A DNA stretch of 64,000 nucleotides, from NCBI RefSeq assembly GCF_009914755.1, contig NC_060945.1, one strand, 5' to 3'. Each line of letters opens with the position of its first letter. Position 1 is the stretch's first letter. Under the pieces are notes generated by a model. That model worked only from the letters and a program-made list of their open reading frames with translations, made no database searches and was not told where the DNA came from. Position numbers and translations under genes: made by a program. Shown piece after piece: positions 14,601 through 27,892 of the stretch. This DNA comes from the human T2T-CHM13v2.0 reference genome, Homo sapiens.

Positions 14601-14945
14601 TACAGATGAACAACTGATAATAAAAACAAAAAAAAGGGGGAGAAACAGGGATTATGGGATAGCCCATACACAATTGAATCTAACATTATTAACTTTCAAA
14701 TTTTTGAGCCTGCCCAAAGGCCAGATGTTACCAGCAGCTGAACAGCATCTACAGAAACCAGCTGCAAAGACAGAAGCAGAACAACTGGTTTGGTGGAGAG
14801 ATCCAATAACAAAAAGTTGGGAAATAGGTAAAATTATAACTTGACATAGAGATTATGCTTGTGTTCCTCCAGGATCGAATCAACAACTGATTTAGATACC
14901 ATCAAGACACCTGAAATTTTATCATGAATCAGATGCTGAGGAAGA
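11619..14945 (+). pseudogene. HERV-K HML-3 (HERVK9) internal: defective gag, pro (dUTPase+protease), internally deleted pol; env and 3' LTR absent
   Basis: MGQVWAVVRSTLELF matrix start; knuckles CFNCGKHGH and CLKCKKGKLWANQC; dUTPase GLLLGRSSL..GVIDPDY; protease NLWGRDLL; [27 protein letters not shown] and DLKDCFF; RNase H FTDGSSNG; integrase C-terminus VWWRDP. Confidence 0.92.
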
Positions 14946-14982
14946 GATAAAAAGCACAATCATCATTGAAATTAGAGCTTCT

Positions 14983-15196
14983 GGCTGGGCGCGGTGGCTC
15001 ACGCCTGTAATCCCAGCACTCTGGGAGGCCGAGGTGGGCAGTTCACAAGGTCAGGAGATCGAGACCATCCTGGCTAACACGGTGAAACCCCATCTCTACT
15101 AAAAATACAAAAAATTAGCTGGGTGAGGTGGCGGGCGCCTATAGTCCCAGCTACTCAGGAGGCTGAGGCAGGAGAATGGCATGAACCCGGGAGGCA
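14983..15196 (+). mobile_element. AluY, 3'-truncated without tail
   Basis: AluY diagnostics (gagatcgagaccatcctggctaacacgg, gaatggcatgaacccgggaggc); stops mid right arm. Confidence 0.9.
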
Positions 15197-15318
15197 AAAC
15201 TTCAGGTTTTGCCAAGAATGACACTGTAAATATAACAAAGCTTCTGTGCTTGTTAGTGAACACCAAATCAGCTACTCTCCTGTATTCGGAGATCAGGATG
15301 AAATGAAAAGAACAAGCA

Positions 15319-15620
<302 letters not shown>

Positions 15621-16335
15621 ACCCCCAACCTTGTCTAGACTGTGGGGTTTCAGTTTCACCCCAGGGGGGTCCTGGTTTGGTTAGAATCCTGAATCTGGTT
15701 TGAGTTCGAACCCTAAAGAATAAAGGGAATAAAGGCTATAGCTACTGAGCTACTCATTCTGGTCTGGTTCTGGCTTTTGTGTGTCTATCTGTATTTTTGG
15801 TCTAAATATTTGGCCCAACAGAGGTTAAAGGCTTTGATGTTCTCAGCAAAAGCCTTGTGAGATTTCTAGTTTATCTGTGTGCTCAACTGGAACAAAGAGA
15901 CTCCATAAACTAGAAAAACCTAAAGAAAATGGCACACATGAAAAATTGAGAGCCAACTCCTGTTTGTTGTTCTGTCCACCTCCCTCTCTCACTCCTCCTT
16001 CTGCCTTTGCTGTGGTCCCATGGTGTTTCTGTCTTTCTGGGGACCTGAGATTCAGTGTAGGAGTGAAGTCCATGATTTTAAAGCCTTCATGTCTCTGCTT
16101 TTTAACTCTGCCTGCTTTGCTGAGCTCTTATAATGAGAAATAAACGATTCAGAACAGAAACAACAGGGCATCAGAAAACCAACTTCAGGCAGCGCTCTGG
16201 CAAGTACCTCCCTAGAGGGGAAGGGCTTACTAAAGGAGATTTAATCTTGAAAAGGCCAAAATGAGAAGCTCTAACCTTAAGCTTGCTAGGTTTTCTGGGA
16301 CTCGAGCTGGTTATGTATTATGGACCATTCTAGCC

Positions 16336-17097
<762 letters not shown>

Positions 17098-17334
17098 TCT
17101 CTAGTGCACACTTTAAACCTGACGGCCAAATTACATGAAAGAAAATTCAAAACTCAAATAGTTACTATTTTTAAAAACCCTAAAATGAAAAAGTCTCAGT
17201 TCTTTTGCCTATCTTTTTTTTTCCCTGCCTACTTTGAATCTGCTGATTTGTCTACTGGTGTTGAGATAAGACTTACTGTCTGTGGTGTTACCAATTCAAG
17301 GTTACTTGGCTGAAGAAAAACAAAAGAATGAAAC

Positions 17335-17652
<318 letters not shown>

Positions 17653-18134
17653 GACAAAATAGTTCTTTTATAAATACAAATAATTTAAAAAGTATTGATA
17701 AAATAAAAATAGAAATGTCTTCAGAATTGTCAGCATACATTTTTGACTGTGTTTTATATTTACATTTGCTAGATATTTTAAGGTGCTAGGGTTTGGCATG
17801 AAGGTTATAAAGCTATAAACACAGTGAAAAAAAGAATATTTGTTTATGTGATTTTTTAAATACATAAGACCAATTTAATACGGTTTGTTGAACAAAAATA
17901 ATGTAATTTTCTGAGTTATTGGTAAAATACCCTAGTATTTAACTTTGAAATCCTCACTTATGTGAACACCTGATATTCACAGGCTATAACATGGTTAACA
18001 AGAAAATAACCTAGAAATGATGACTAGCTTTGTCTAATACCTCAGTTCTCACAAATACTCTAGATAAACTGTCAAAAATAAGTAAATGTAAATGGATAAA
18101 TGTCTATACAAGACATTTTAATGTATTTTTGAAA

Positions 18135-18408
18135 TTTTTTTGCGCCAATGTCTCTGCCTGTCACTCAGGCTGAAGTGCAGTGGCATGATCACAGCTCACT
18201 GCAACCTTGACCTCCTGCACTCAAGGGATCCTCCCACCTCAACCTCCCAAGAAGCTGTTAATTACAGGCATGCAACACCATGGTCAGCTAACTTTTATTT
18301 TTTCTGTAGAGTCAGCATCTCGCTATTTTGCTCAGGCTGGTCTCACGATACTCCTGCCTTGGCCTCCTAAAGTGTTGGGATTACAGGTGTGAGCCACCAT
18401 GCCCAGCC
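18135..18408 (-). mobile_element. AluJ
   Basis: Antisense Alu body. Confidence 0.88.
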
Positions 18409-18494
18409 TATTTTTGAAATTTTAGTTATGTTAAATTAAATAATAGATACTCATTAAATATCTGGGTTATTTCCAATTTAAAACTTATGTTTTA

Positions 18495-18808
<314 letters not shown>

Positions 18809-19956
18809 CTAAATTATGAAATCATTCTCATATGTAAGATACTGCTATATGACAATTCAAGATTTCTTTCTTCCTAAGTTTTTTATTAAAATAAGAGTTA
18901 CTAAGTGTTAATATCTTGGTAGATATATGTGATTAAGACTACTAGATACAAGAGAAACAATTCTGTATGCAAAATGTATACGGGTTTTTCTTTCAGAGAA
19001 ATTAAATTTGCTTAGAGATTTTTAAGGATTATTTTAAATTGAAGGAATAAAAAAGATAGATAAAACTAAATGTGTATAAAAAGTTGGGGAAGATGGAAAA
19101 AATTATACAAGGTTATTAAAAGTTTATGTAAATCTTACCTCGAGGTCAAAACTGATTGAGATGAGATAGATTGTTTATAAAGTTTATTTAAATTAGCTGT
19201 AATATTAAAAACATAGTGATAAAAAGCAAAAAAAATTGGTTAAAACAACAAGGTTTTCTTAATGTATTTATTTGCTCATAATAAGAGGTAATAAATATTG
19301 ACTTTTAATCCTGATATCTGTTACTATAAAATCTTTTCAGATTTGTATATCAGAAGTTCAACATTTCCTGTACTTTCATGTTACACATGACTCACAGATC
19401 ACATAATTGTCTTCTGTTTCTTCTTGAGAAGGAATAAAAGGCTTGGGTTTCCTGCTTGGCTGGGATGATAACTCCTTCAGCTTTTTCATCAGGTCTAATT
19501 TTGTACTCTTGGCTTTTAAATATGTCTTAATTACTTCATGTAACCAGGAAACTTCCATGCTATCATTGTGAGCTATGGATCCCCACTGCTCTATGCTCTG
19601 GTTTTCCTGTTTACATTCCTCTGTAATATTATGCTCACTCATGACCCTGGACACACTCTTTCTATGTCTAATTAAATTCAAGTCTCCTTGTCATCGGTTT
19701 GACTTCCAAGTGATTTAAATTAGCTTCCCATAAGAAGACACAATTATGCCACAGGAGCTTTTACCCTTTAAATGACTGGCCTGTAATAAATATTTTAGGT
19801 TTTACCAAGATAATCCATGTGTTGCCTTTATTTTTTTTTAATTACTTGGGAAAACTGAGGGTTTTCAGTTTTCACTTCCATGTAACCTTCTATGTTGCTT
19901 TTGATGTCTTTTGGTTGTCATGCTAATTAAATGAATGTTATTTAAAAATGACATGT

Positions 19957-20278
<322 letters not shown>

Positions 20279-20376
20279 TTAGGTCAAATGTTTTCAATTT
20301 TTTGACATCTTTGCTAAAACTTAGTTGGTAACATTGTATGGGAAGCATTGCCAAAAGATAAATAACACTAAATCTT

Positions 20377-20668
20377 CTTTTTTTTTCTCTGAGACAGAAT
20401 CTTGCTTTGTCACCCAGTCTGGAGTGCTGTGGCATGATCTAGGTTCACTGCAAATTCTGCCCCAAGGTTCAAGCAATTCTTCTGCCTCAACCTCCCAAGT
20501 AGCTGGGACTACAGACACGTGCCACCATGCCCGGCTAATTTTGTATTTTTAGTAGAGACAAGATTTCTCCATGTTGGCCAGGCAGGTGTCGAACTCCTGA
20601 CCTCTGATGATCTGTCCAACTTGGCCTCCCAAAGTGTTGGGATTATAGGCATGAGCCACTGTGCCCAG
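20377..20668 (-). mobile_element. AluS
   Basis: Antisense dimer. Confidence 0.9.
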
Positions 20669-21041
20669 CTTAAATCTTCTTTTGGTTACTTTTATAGGTA
20701 TGTTATTAATATAAATATTTTAAACCTTATATAAATTGTAAAAATCTAATAGGGTTTCAGTCATAATTTTGATGATGTTAAATATTTTCTAAAGTTGTAT
20801 GTGTATAGATATATTATTAATATAAATATTCTAAAAATTATATAAAATTTGTGGAAGTCTGATGGATCTGATGCGTTGCCATCAGTCATGATTCTGGCTG
20901 TGATCTTAAAATGCTACATATAATACAAATAACTAAATTTTCTTGAGATTTGAGAACTTCCACTGGATTTTAACCAAAGGCTATTCTAAGTTTTTCTCAT
21001 CCACGGTGATTGATTAAAGTTCTTCTCTAAAACCCTTTACA

Positions 21042-21386
21042 GGCCGGGCATGGTGCTGGAGGCCATGCAGGGCACAGTGCTGGGCATGGTGCAGGGCATG
21101 GTGGCTCATGCGTGTAAATATCCCAGCACTTTGCAAGGCCGAGGTGGGTGAATTGCTTAAACTAAGAAGTTTGAAAGCAGCCTAGGCAACATGGTAAAAT
21201 CCTGTCTCTACAAAAATACAAAAATTAGCCAGGCATGATGATGCATGCCTATGGTCCCAGCTACTTCGGAGGGTGAGGTAGGAGGATGGCTTGAGTTTGG
21301 GAGGGAGAGATTGCAGTGAACCAAGATCATGCCACTGCACTCCACCCTGAGTGATAGAGCCAGACCGTGTCTCAAAAAAAAAAAAG
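21042..21386 (+). mobile_element. AluJ with stuttered 5' end
   Basis: gggcatggtg-type motif repeated several times before a normal Alu body. Confidence 0.88.
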
Positions 21387-22170
21387 CCTTTACAATCAGC
21401 TATCATCTAAATTACTTTTAATGGAAAGGATTCTGACAAGTTCTCTTAAATATGGTTTCAGATAAATTTGGGGATCATACCATTGGACTACGAAAATCTT
21501 CCAGGACTCTAAAAAGCTGAATGAGAATTTCTAATTGAAATCAAGCAAAACACAAAAAACTGAATGAGAATTGCTATTTGAAATCAAGCAGAACAAGATT
21601 TAGTTATATGGGACTGAACTTATAAAAGAAGGAAAAGATTTTATCCATGGCCCTTCCATTAGAAACATTGTTGATCCTCTTTATGTTTTGTTTTCCAAAG
21701 TCAAGAATTTTTTTTCTTTTCAGCTATTTTTAACTTACAATACATTAGATAAACTACATTGTGAACAAAAATTTGAGCCATTTATCTGTCTCTCTAGCTG
21801 ATTTCTCCAGAATTCAGAAGCCATTCGTGAGCATTCTTAAATTATGGCAATATAATTATTTACATAATTTCAATAAGAATCTGTTTTTGGTAACAAGATT
21901 CAATTGGAGACACTGTTTGTTTTATCAAGGCTTTAACTCGAATGGCAGATACAACCAGACCACTTTAAGGAATTGAGGTTGACTTTATAGCACCAATACA
22001 AAGTCCCTTAGAATGACTGGCTTGATGTCCTGTCTACAAAGGTCCTTTACAAAGTTGCTATCTTTGTGGTAAGAAGTAAAGAATGTCACTTTCTGAAGGG
22101 CCCAGGAACCTCAAGATATTTGGGGACCTTGAGAAGAGAGGACTACACCCATTCATTAAAGTATTACAGG

Positions 22171-23466
22171 AGATCTGGCAAGATTTCTGAATAGGAACAG
22201 CTCCGGCCTGCAGCACCCAGTGAGATCAACACAGAAGTCAGGTGGTTCATGCATTTCCAACTGAGCCTCCACTGGTGATACCGAGGCAAAAAGGGTCTGG
22301 AGTGGACCTCCAGCAAACTCGAGCAAACCTGCATCAGAGGGACCTGACTGTTAGAAGGAAAACTAACAAACAGAAAAGAATAGTATAGACATCACCAACA
22401 TCAAAGACCAAAGGTAAATAAATCCACAAAGATGGGGAGAAACCAGTGCAAAAATGCTGAAAACTCCAAAAGTCAGAATGCCTCTTCTCCTCCAGAAGAT
22501 CACAACTCCCCGCCAGCAAGGGAACAGAACTGGACAGACAATGAGTTTGACGAATTGACAGAAGTAGGCTTCGGAAGGTGGGTAATAAAAAACTCCTCCG
22601 AGCTAAAGGAGCACGTTCTAACCCAATGCAAGGAAGCTAAGAGTCTGAAAAATAAAGGTTAGACGAATTGTTAACTAGAATAACCAGTTTAGAGAAGAAT
22701 ATAAATGACCTGATGGAGCTGAAAAACCCAGCACAAGAACTTCATGAAGCATACACAAGTATCAATAGTTGATTCAATCAATCAGGAGAAAGGATATCAG
22801 AGATTAAAGATCAACTCAATGAAATAAAGAAAGAAGGCAAGATTAGAGAAAAAAGAGTGAAAAGAAATGAACAAAGCCTCCAAGAAATAGAGGACTATGT
22901 TAAAATACTGAATCTACGTTTGATTGGTGTACCTAAAAGTGACAGAAAGAATGGAACCAAGTTGGAAAAAACTCTTAAGGATATTATCCAGGAGAACTTC
23001 CCCAACATAGCAAGACAGGCCAACATTCAAATTCAGGAAATACAGAGAACACCACTAAGATACTCCTCAAGAAGAGCAACCCCAAGAAACAAAATCATCA
23101 GATTCACCAAGGTTGAAATGAAGGAAAAAATATTAAGGGCATCCAGAGAGAAAGGTTGAGTTACCCACAAAGGGAAGTCCGTCAGACTAACAGTGGATCT
23201 CTTGGCAGAAAACCTACAAGACAGAAGAGAGTGGGGGCCAATACACAACATTCCTAAAGAAAAGAATTTTCAAGCCAGAATTTCATATCCAGCCAAACTA
23301 AGATTCATAATTGAAGGAGAAATAAAATCCTTTACAAGCAAATGCAGAGAGATATTGTCACCACCAGGCCTGCCTTACAAGAGCTCCTGAAGGAAGCACT
23401 AAACATGGAAAGGAACAACTGGTAACAGCCACTGCAAAAACATACCAAATTATAAAGACTATTGAC
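22171..23466 (+). mobile_element. L1PA 5' end: shortened 5'UTR plus disrupted ORF1; truncated just after the ORF1 stop
   Basis: 5' terminus caagat..gaataggaacagctccgg; ORF1 ATG at 22432 (MGRNQCKNAENSKSQNASSPP); ORF1p motifs NLRLIGVP, IIQENFPN, ARISYPAKL; frameshifts present. Confidence 0.95.
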
Positions 23467-25508
23467 TCCCTCTGAAATCTGGGCGTGGTGGGGGAGTAGC
23501 TGGGACAGACAGGAGAGTCCCAGGGGGCTGGGGGTGAAGACATGAGAGAGACAGGGGAGTAACTCAGTGAAACTGCTGAGTTTGTAGGTGATACCTGGGT
23601 GCCTGGAACTGACTCCTGCTGAAATCTGGGCATGGTTGGAGAGTAGCTGGGACCCACAGGAGAGTCCCTGAGGGCTGGGGGTGAAGACATGAGAGAGACC
23701 GGGGAGTAACTGAGTGAAACTGGTGAGTTTGGTGGTGACTCCGGGGTGCCTGGAACTGACTCCAGCTGAAATGTGGGCGTGGTTGGAGAGTAGCTGGGAC
23801 AGACAGGAGAGTCCCTGAGGGCTGGTGAAGACGTGAGAGAGACTGGAGAGTAATTGAGTGAAATTTGTGAGTTTGGTGGTGATTCCTGGGTGCCTGCAAC
23901 TGACTCCCGCTGAAGTGTGGGCGTGGTTGGAAGGTAGCTGGGACACACAGGAGAGTTACTGAGGGTTGGAGATAAAGACGTGCTAGAGACTGAGGAGTAA
24001 CTGAGTGAAATTGGTGAGTTTGGTGGTGATTCCGGGGTGCCTGGAACTGACTCCAGCTGCAATGTGGGCGTGGTTGGAGAGTAGCTGGGACAGACGGGAG
24101 AGTCCCTGAGGGATGGTGAAGACATGAGAGAGACTGAGGAGTAATGCAGTGAAATTGGTGAGTTTGGTGGTGATTTCTGGGTGCCTGCAACGGACTCCCG
24201 CTGAAGTGTGGGCGTGTTTGGAGAGTAGCTGGCACAGAGAGGCGAGTCCCTGAGGGTTGGAGATAAAGACCTGCTAGAGACTGGGGAGTAACTCAGTGAA
24301 AGTGGTGGGCTTGGCGGTGATCCCTGGGTTCCTGGAACTGACCCGCTCTGAAATGTGGGCGTGGTTGGAGAGTAGCTGGGACAGACTGGAGGGTCCGTAA
24401 GGCCTGGGGGTGAAGACGTGAGAGAGACTGGCCAGGATCTCACTGAGGTCTGTGAGTTTGTAGGTGTTTCTGGGGTGTGGGGTACAGACTCCCGCTGATA
24501 TCTGGGCATGGTTGGAGAGTAGCTGGGACAGACAGGAGAGTCATGGGTGGCTGGGGGTGAGCTGCTGGATGACGGCAGTAAGAACATATGGTATATTATT
24601 GATGAATGAGGTGACTGTGAAGAATCTCCACAGGAGGACACCGGAGAACACAATGATATGAGTGACTGTCCTGCTTGGTTAGGAAAGGGAAACGTAAAGC
24701 TGTGGAATTCTGTTGATGATGGATGTGAGAGTGGTGAAGCCCTGCGGGATGATGTAGAGTACTTCCACATCCCTGGTGAGGAGCTACCCCTTGGGTCTGA
24801 CTTTCTGGGATGGGAGAGGGAGAAGGTGGGTGAGGCAGGCATGAATCTTGAGGAGTCAGGCCTGGGGGACCGCTCATATTCTCCCGAGACCTGTGAGTCT
24901 CTGGGGGACTCCTGGGTGCATGGGGCTGACTCCCGCAGGAACCTGGGGATGGCTGGAGAGTTACTGGGAGCCACAGGAGAGTCCCTGAGTACTGGGGGTG
25001 AAGAGATGAAAGACACAGGGGTGGAGCACCGTGAGGCTCGTGAGTCTGTAGGTGATTCCTGGGTGTGGGGGGCTGACTCCAGCTGAAATCTGGGGTTGTT
25101 TGGAGAGCAGTTGGGAGACACAGCAGAACCCCGGAGAGTTGGGGGTGAGCTGCTGGGTGATGGCAGTAAGAACATGTGGTATATTATTGATGAACGTGGG
25201 GACTCTGAGGAATCCTCAGAGGAGGACACGGGAGAGCCCGATGGCTTCATTGATTGCCCATCACGGTGAGGACAGGGAAATGGGAGCTTCTGGGATTCTG
25301 GTGATGACACAGGTGAGTGTGGTGAAGCCCTAGGGGATGGTGAATGGTAGCTCCGGATCCCTGGTGAGGAGCTTCCCCTTAAGCCTGAGTTTCTGAGAGG
25401 GGAGAGGGAGAAGCTGGGTGAGGCTCGCATGGACCTTGGGGAGTCCGGGCTGGGGGACCGTTCATAAGAAGAGCCAGACAAGACCCTACTGTTCTTAGGT
25501 GCAGACAT
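23358..25508 (-). CDS. ACRO1 unit copy 1: uninterrupted 716-aa Ser/Pro-rich ORF with Pol II CTD-like heptads; last ~35 aa come from antisense L1
   Basis: Single open frame from the first ATG downstream of a TATA/Inr; 49-aa repeats; translation not demonstrated. Confidence 0.45.
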   Translation of the reverse strand: MSAPKNSRVLSGSSYERSPSPDSPRSMRASPSFSLSPLRNSGLRGSSSPGIRSYHSPSPRASPHSPVSSPESQKLPFPCPHRDGQSMKPSGSPVSSSEDSSESPRSSIIYHMFLLPSPSSSPPTLRGSAVSPNCSPNNPRFQLESAPHTQESPTDSRASRCSTPVSFISSPPVLRDSPVAPSNSPAIPRFLRESAPCTQESPRDSQVSGEYERSPRPDSSRFMPASPTFSLSHPRKSDPRGSSSPGMWKYSTSSRRASPLSHPSSTEFHSFTFPFPNQAGQSLISLCSPVSSCGDSSQSPHSSIIYHMFLLPSSSSSPPATHDSPVCPSYSPTMPRYQRESVPHTPETPTNSQTSVRSWPVSLTSSPPGLTDPPVCPSYSPTTPTFQSGSVPGTQGSPPSPPLSLSYSPVSSRSLSPTLRDSPLCASYSPNTPTLQRESVAGTQKSPPNSPISLHYSSVSLMSSPSLRDSPVCPSYSPTTPTLQLESVPGTPESPPNSPISLSYSSVSSTSLSPTLSNSPVCPSYLPTTPTLQRESVAGTQESPPNSQISLNYSPVSLTSSPALRDSPVCPSYSPTTPTFQLESVPGTPESPPNSPVSLSYSPVSLMSSPPALRDSPVGPSYSPTMPRFQQESVPGTQVSPTNSAVSLSYSPVSLMSSPPAPWDSPVCPSYSPTTPRFQRESIVFIIWYVFAVAVTSCSFPCLVLPSGALVRQAWW
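23467..25470 (-). repeat. ACRO1 147-bp satellite array (copy 1, inverted, truncated)
   Basis: Reverse complement of the 147-bp unit cccagctactctccaaccacgccca...gggactctcctgtctgt. Confidence 0.9.
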
Positions 25509-25847
25509 GATTAGGAAACCTACAGCTCCCAGGGGCCCCTACTAATTTTCTAACTCGCAGAACGAAGGAGTGTGTGTGCGTGTGTGTGAGTGTGTGCGTG
25601 TGTGTGCGTGTGTGTGTGTCTGTGTGTGTGCAGTGTGAGGTATGTCCCCCTTAAGAAAATGGAAATCAACCAACCAAAGAGACAGACACACAGACAGACA
25701 CACAGACAGACAGACAGACAGACAGAGATTCACTTGCCCAAGTGTTCTGTCCTGTCCTCTGAATCCGCTTCCAAGTCGCAAGACGCCGTGAGCTCCAAGT
25801 CCACGCAGAGTCCGCCAAACGCTCCGGCCGCTGATCCGCTCCGCGAA

Positions 25848-25918
25848 GATCTGAGTACAGGCCAGCCAGGGTGGGTTTAAATAGCCTCGGGCGCAGCCTA
25901 GCAGCGGAAAGGGCGGAG
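25848..25918 (-). promoter_or_regulatory. Pol II core promoter of ACRO copy 1: GC box, TATA, Inr
   Basis: gggcggag 25911-25918; TATTTAAA (minus) 25876-25883; TCAGATC Inr with A+1 at 25852, 31 nt from the TATA T; locally CpG-rich. Confidence 0.65.
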
Positions 25919-26380
25919 CTTCACTCCTCCTTTCCATCAGTCACCCCCAACTTTCCCAGGCTACACCTCATAGGAAACTATTCTCCTGCTTTGATTTCAT
26001 GCGCCACCTTTGGGACAATCTAAGAACTTCCAAGTTTTCTTGGCCAGATATATTAGGAATTGTATGCACTGAAACACTGAAAACCAACCAGTGGTTCTGT
26101 GGTTCCCACGTTGTGGTTGCGACACCAGCAGCATCCTTGCCACAATCAAATCCCGGACATCCACAGATGTGTGTTGCAACAAGACCTCCCCCTGACCCTG
26201 ATGCATGGCAGTTTAAGAAGTCTTTCCGTGTAAGCAAAAAGACTTTGAAGAAAAAGTAGAGATATGCGTTGTATAAACATTCTTTTGCTCTGGAACCACG
26301 TGGAGACTTGGGAGCCAGTTGGGTGGAGCATTCGTTGCATGAGGGTGCTCCGGTGTGGAATATCAAGGTGTGTGTCCAGA

Positions 26381-26391
26381 TAATCCAATCA
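26381..26391 (+). promoter_or_regulatory. DUX4-type double-homeodomain motif TAATCCAATCA
   Basis: Exact match to TAAYYYAATCA, ~530 bp upstream of the copy 1 Inr. Confidence 0.5.
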
Positions 26392-26439
26392 TCTAATTAA
26401 GAGTCCAGTTATCCTCATCTGTTTTAAAATTCCGTTTGG

Positions 26440-26925
26440 GTAACTTCTTTTAGTCAGACTGAGAATGGCAAAGCCTCAACCCCAATTTCCATGGAGGGTT
26501 GAGAGCCTCAGGTGGAGTTGATCACCAATAGCCTATGGTTTAACCCATCATGCCTATAGAATGAGGTCTCCATAAAAACCCAAAAGGACTGGGTTCAGAG
26601 AGCTTCTGGATAACACTTCCTGGAGGGCAGTGCGCCCCTCCCCACATGCTGGGCCCCACATTTATTTCTGAACTTTTTGCAATGTCCGCTAAAATACAAC
26701 GGCAAATGTAAGTGTTTCCCTGCGTGCTGTGAGCTCTTCCAGCCAATGAATGCAACTAAATCTGGGAGTGGTGGCAACCTGATTTATAGCCAGTTGCTGA
26801 GAAGCACAGGTAAAACAACGTAGGGCTTCCCGTTGTTATGAGTGTGGGAGGCCTGTCTGGCGGGACTCGGCCCTTTGGAATCTAATGCTATGTCCCGGTA
26901 GATAGCGTCACCATTGAATTAGAAG
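26440..26925 (+). mobile_element. MER21-type LTR fragment within ACRO copy 1
   Basis: catcatgcctatagaatgaggtctccataaaaacccaaaaggactgggttcagagagcttctgg. Confidence 0.7.
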
Positions 26926-27104
26926 ACACACATATGTTGAGAATAATCTTTCTGGTCATTTGCTGCATGTCTTATTTACAACATGTAATCAAATTCTTTA
27001 TCCTGACCTTATGGCACCTGGGTTGAGAACCATGATTTTAACCAAACATTGGTCTGTCACTTTCGGAGTTGGAAACTGTATTTTGCCTTTAGCGATTTGC
27101 TATT

Positions 27105-27405
27105 GCTTATTCGTTTTCTTTTGTTTCGTTTCGTTTCTAAGTTCTGGGGTATATGTGCAGGATGTGCAGATTTGTTACTAAGGTAAACGTGGGCCATGGT
27201 GGTTTGCTGCACCTGTCAACCCATCACCTAGGTATTAAGCCCAGCATGCAGTAGCTGTTTTTCTTAACGCTCTGCCTCCCGAAAGGCCCCAGTGTGTGTT
27301 GTTCCCCTTCCAGTGTCCATGTGATCTCATTTTTCAGCTCCCATTATAAGTGAGAATGTGGAGTTTGGTTTTCTTTCCCTAGATCAGTTTGCTGAGGATA
27401 ATGAC
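27105..27405 (-). mobile_element. L1PA 3' end within ACRO copy 1
   Basis: ttctaagttctggggtatatgtgcaggatgtgcag ... ataagtgagaatgtg. Confidence 0.85.
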
Positions 27406-27790
27406 CACACATCACCACTGTTTTTGTTTTTTAGTATAAAGAGTAGCATTTTATTGAATAAGATTTGCTCACAGAAAAATAAGCTTAAATCTACAATGAA
27501 TGCCAGACCTACAGCAGAGAGCAATTTTCTCACTTTTCCACACACAATGCTTCCTACTAAGTGAAAAAAAGCCATAAAATTTCATTCACAAATGTACTAC
27601 TCTGTCTCAAAACATCTCACATAATCATGCACTGTACTAAAGCCATTAGATCACTTCTTCAGTCAGGTTAAAGAAGTATCCCTCTAATAACTGACTTTTA
27701 TAATGCTATCAATATCCACTCCCAATCAGTCTGCTATTGTTAATGGTGTACAGCATTACTGAATACAATGGAATTGATGACACCCATATC

Positions 27791-27831
27791 CACACACACA
27801 CACACACACACGCACACACACGCACACACAC
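27791..27831. repeat. (CA)n microsatellite at the inversion junction
   Basis: Direct reading; the same tract lies in the 5' leader of copies 1 and 3. Confidence 0.95.
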
Positions 27832-27892
27832 TCCTTCTTTCTGCGAGTTAGAAAATTAGTAGGGGCCCCTGGGAGCTGCAGGTTTCCTAATC

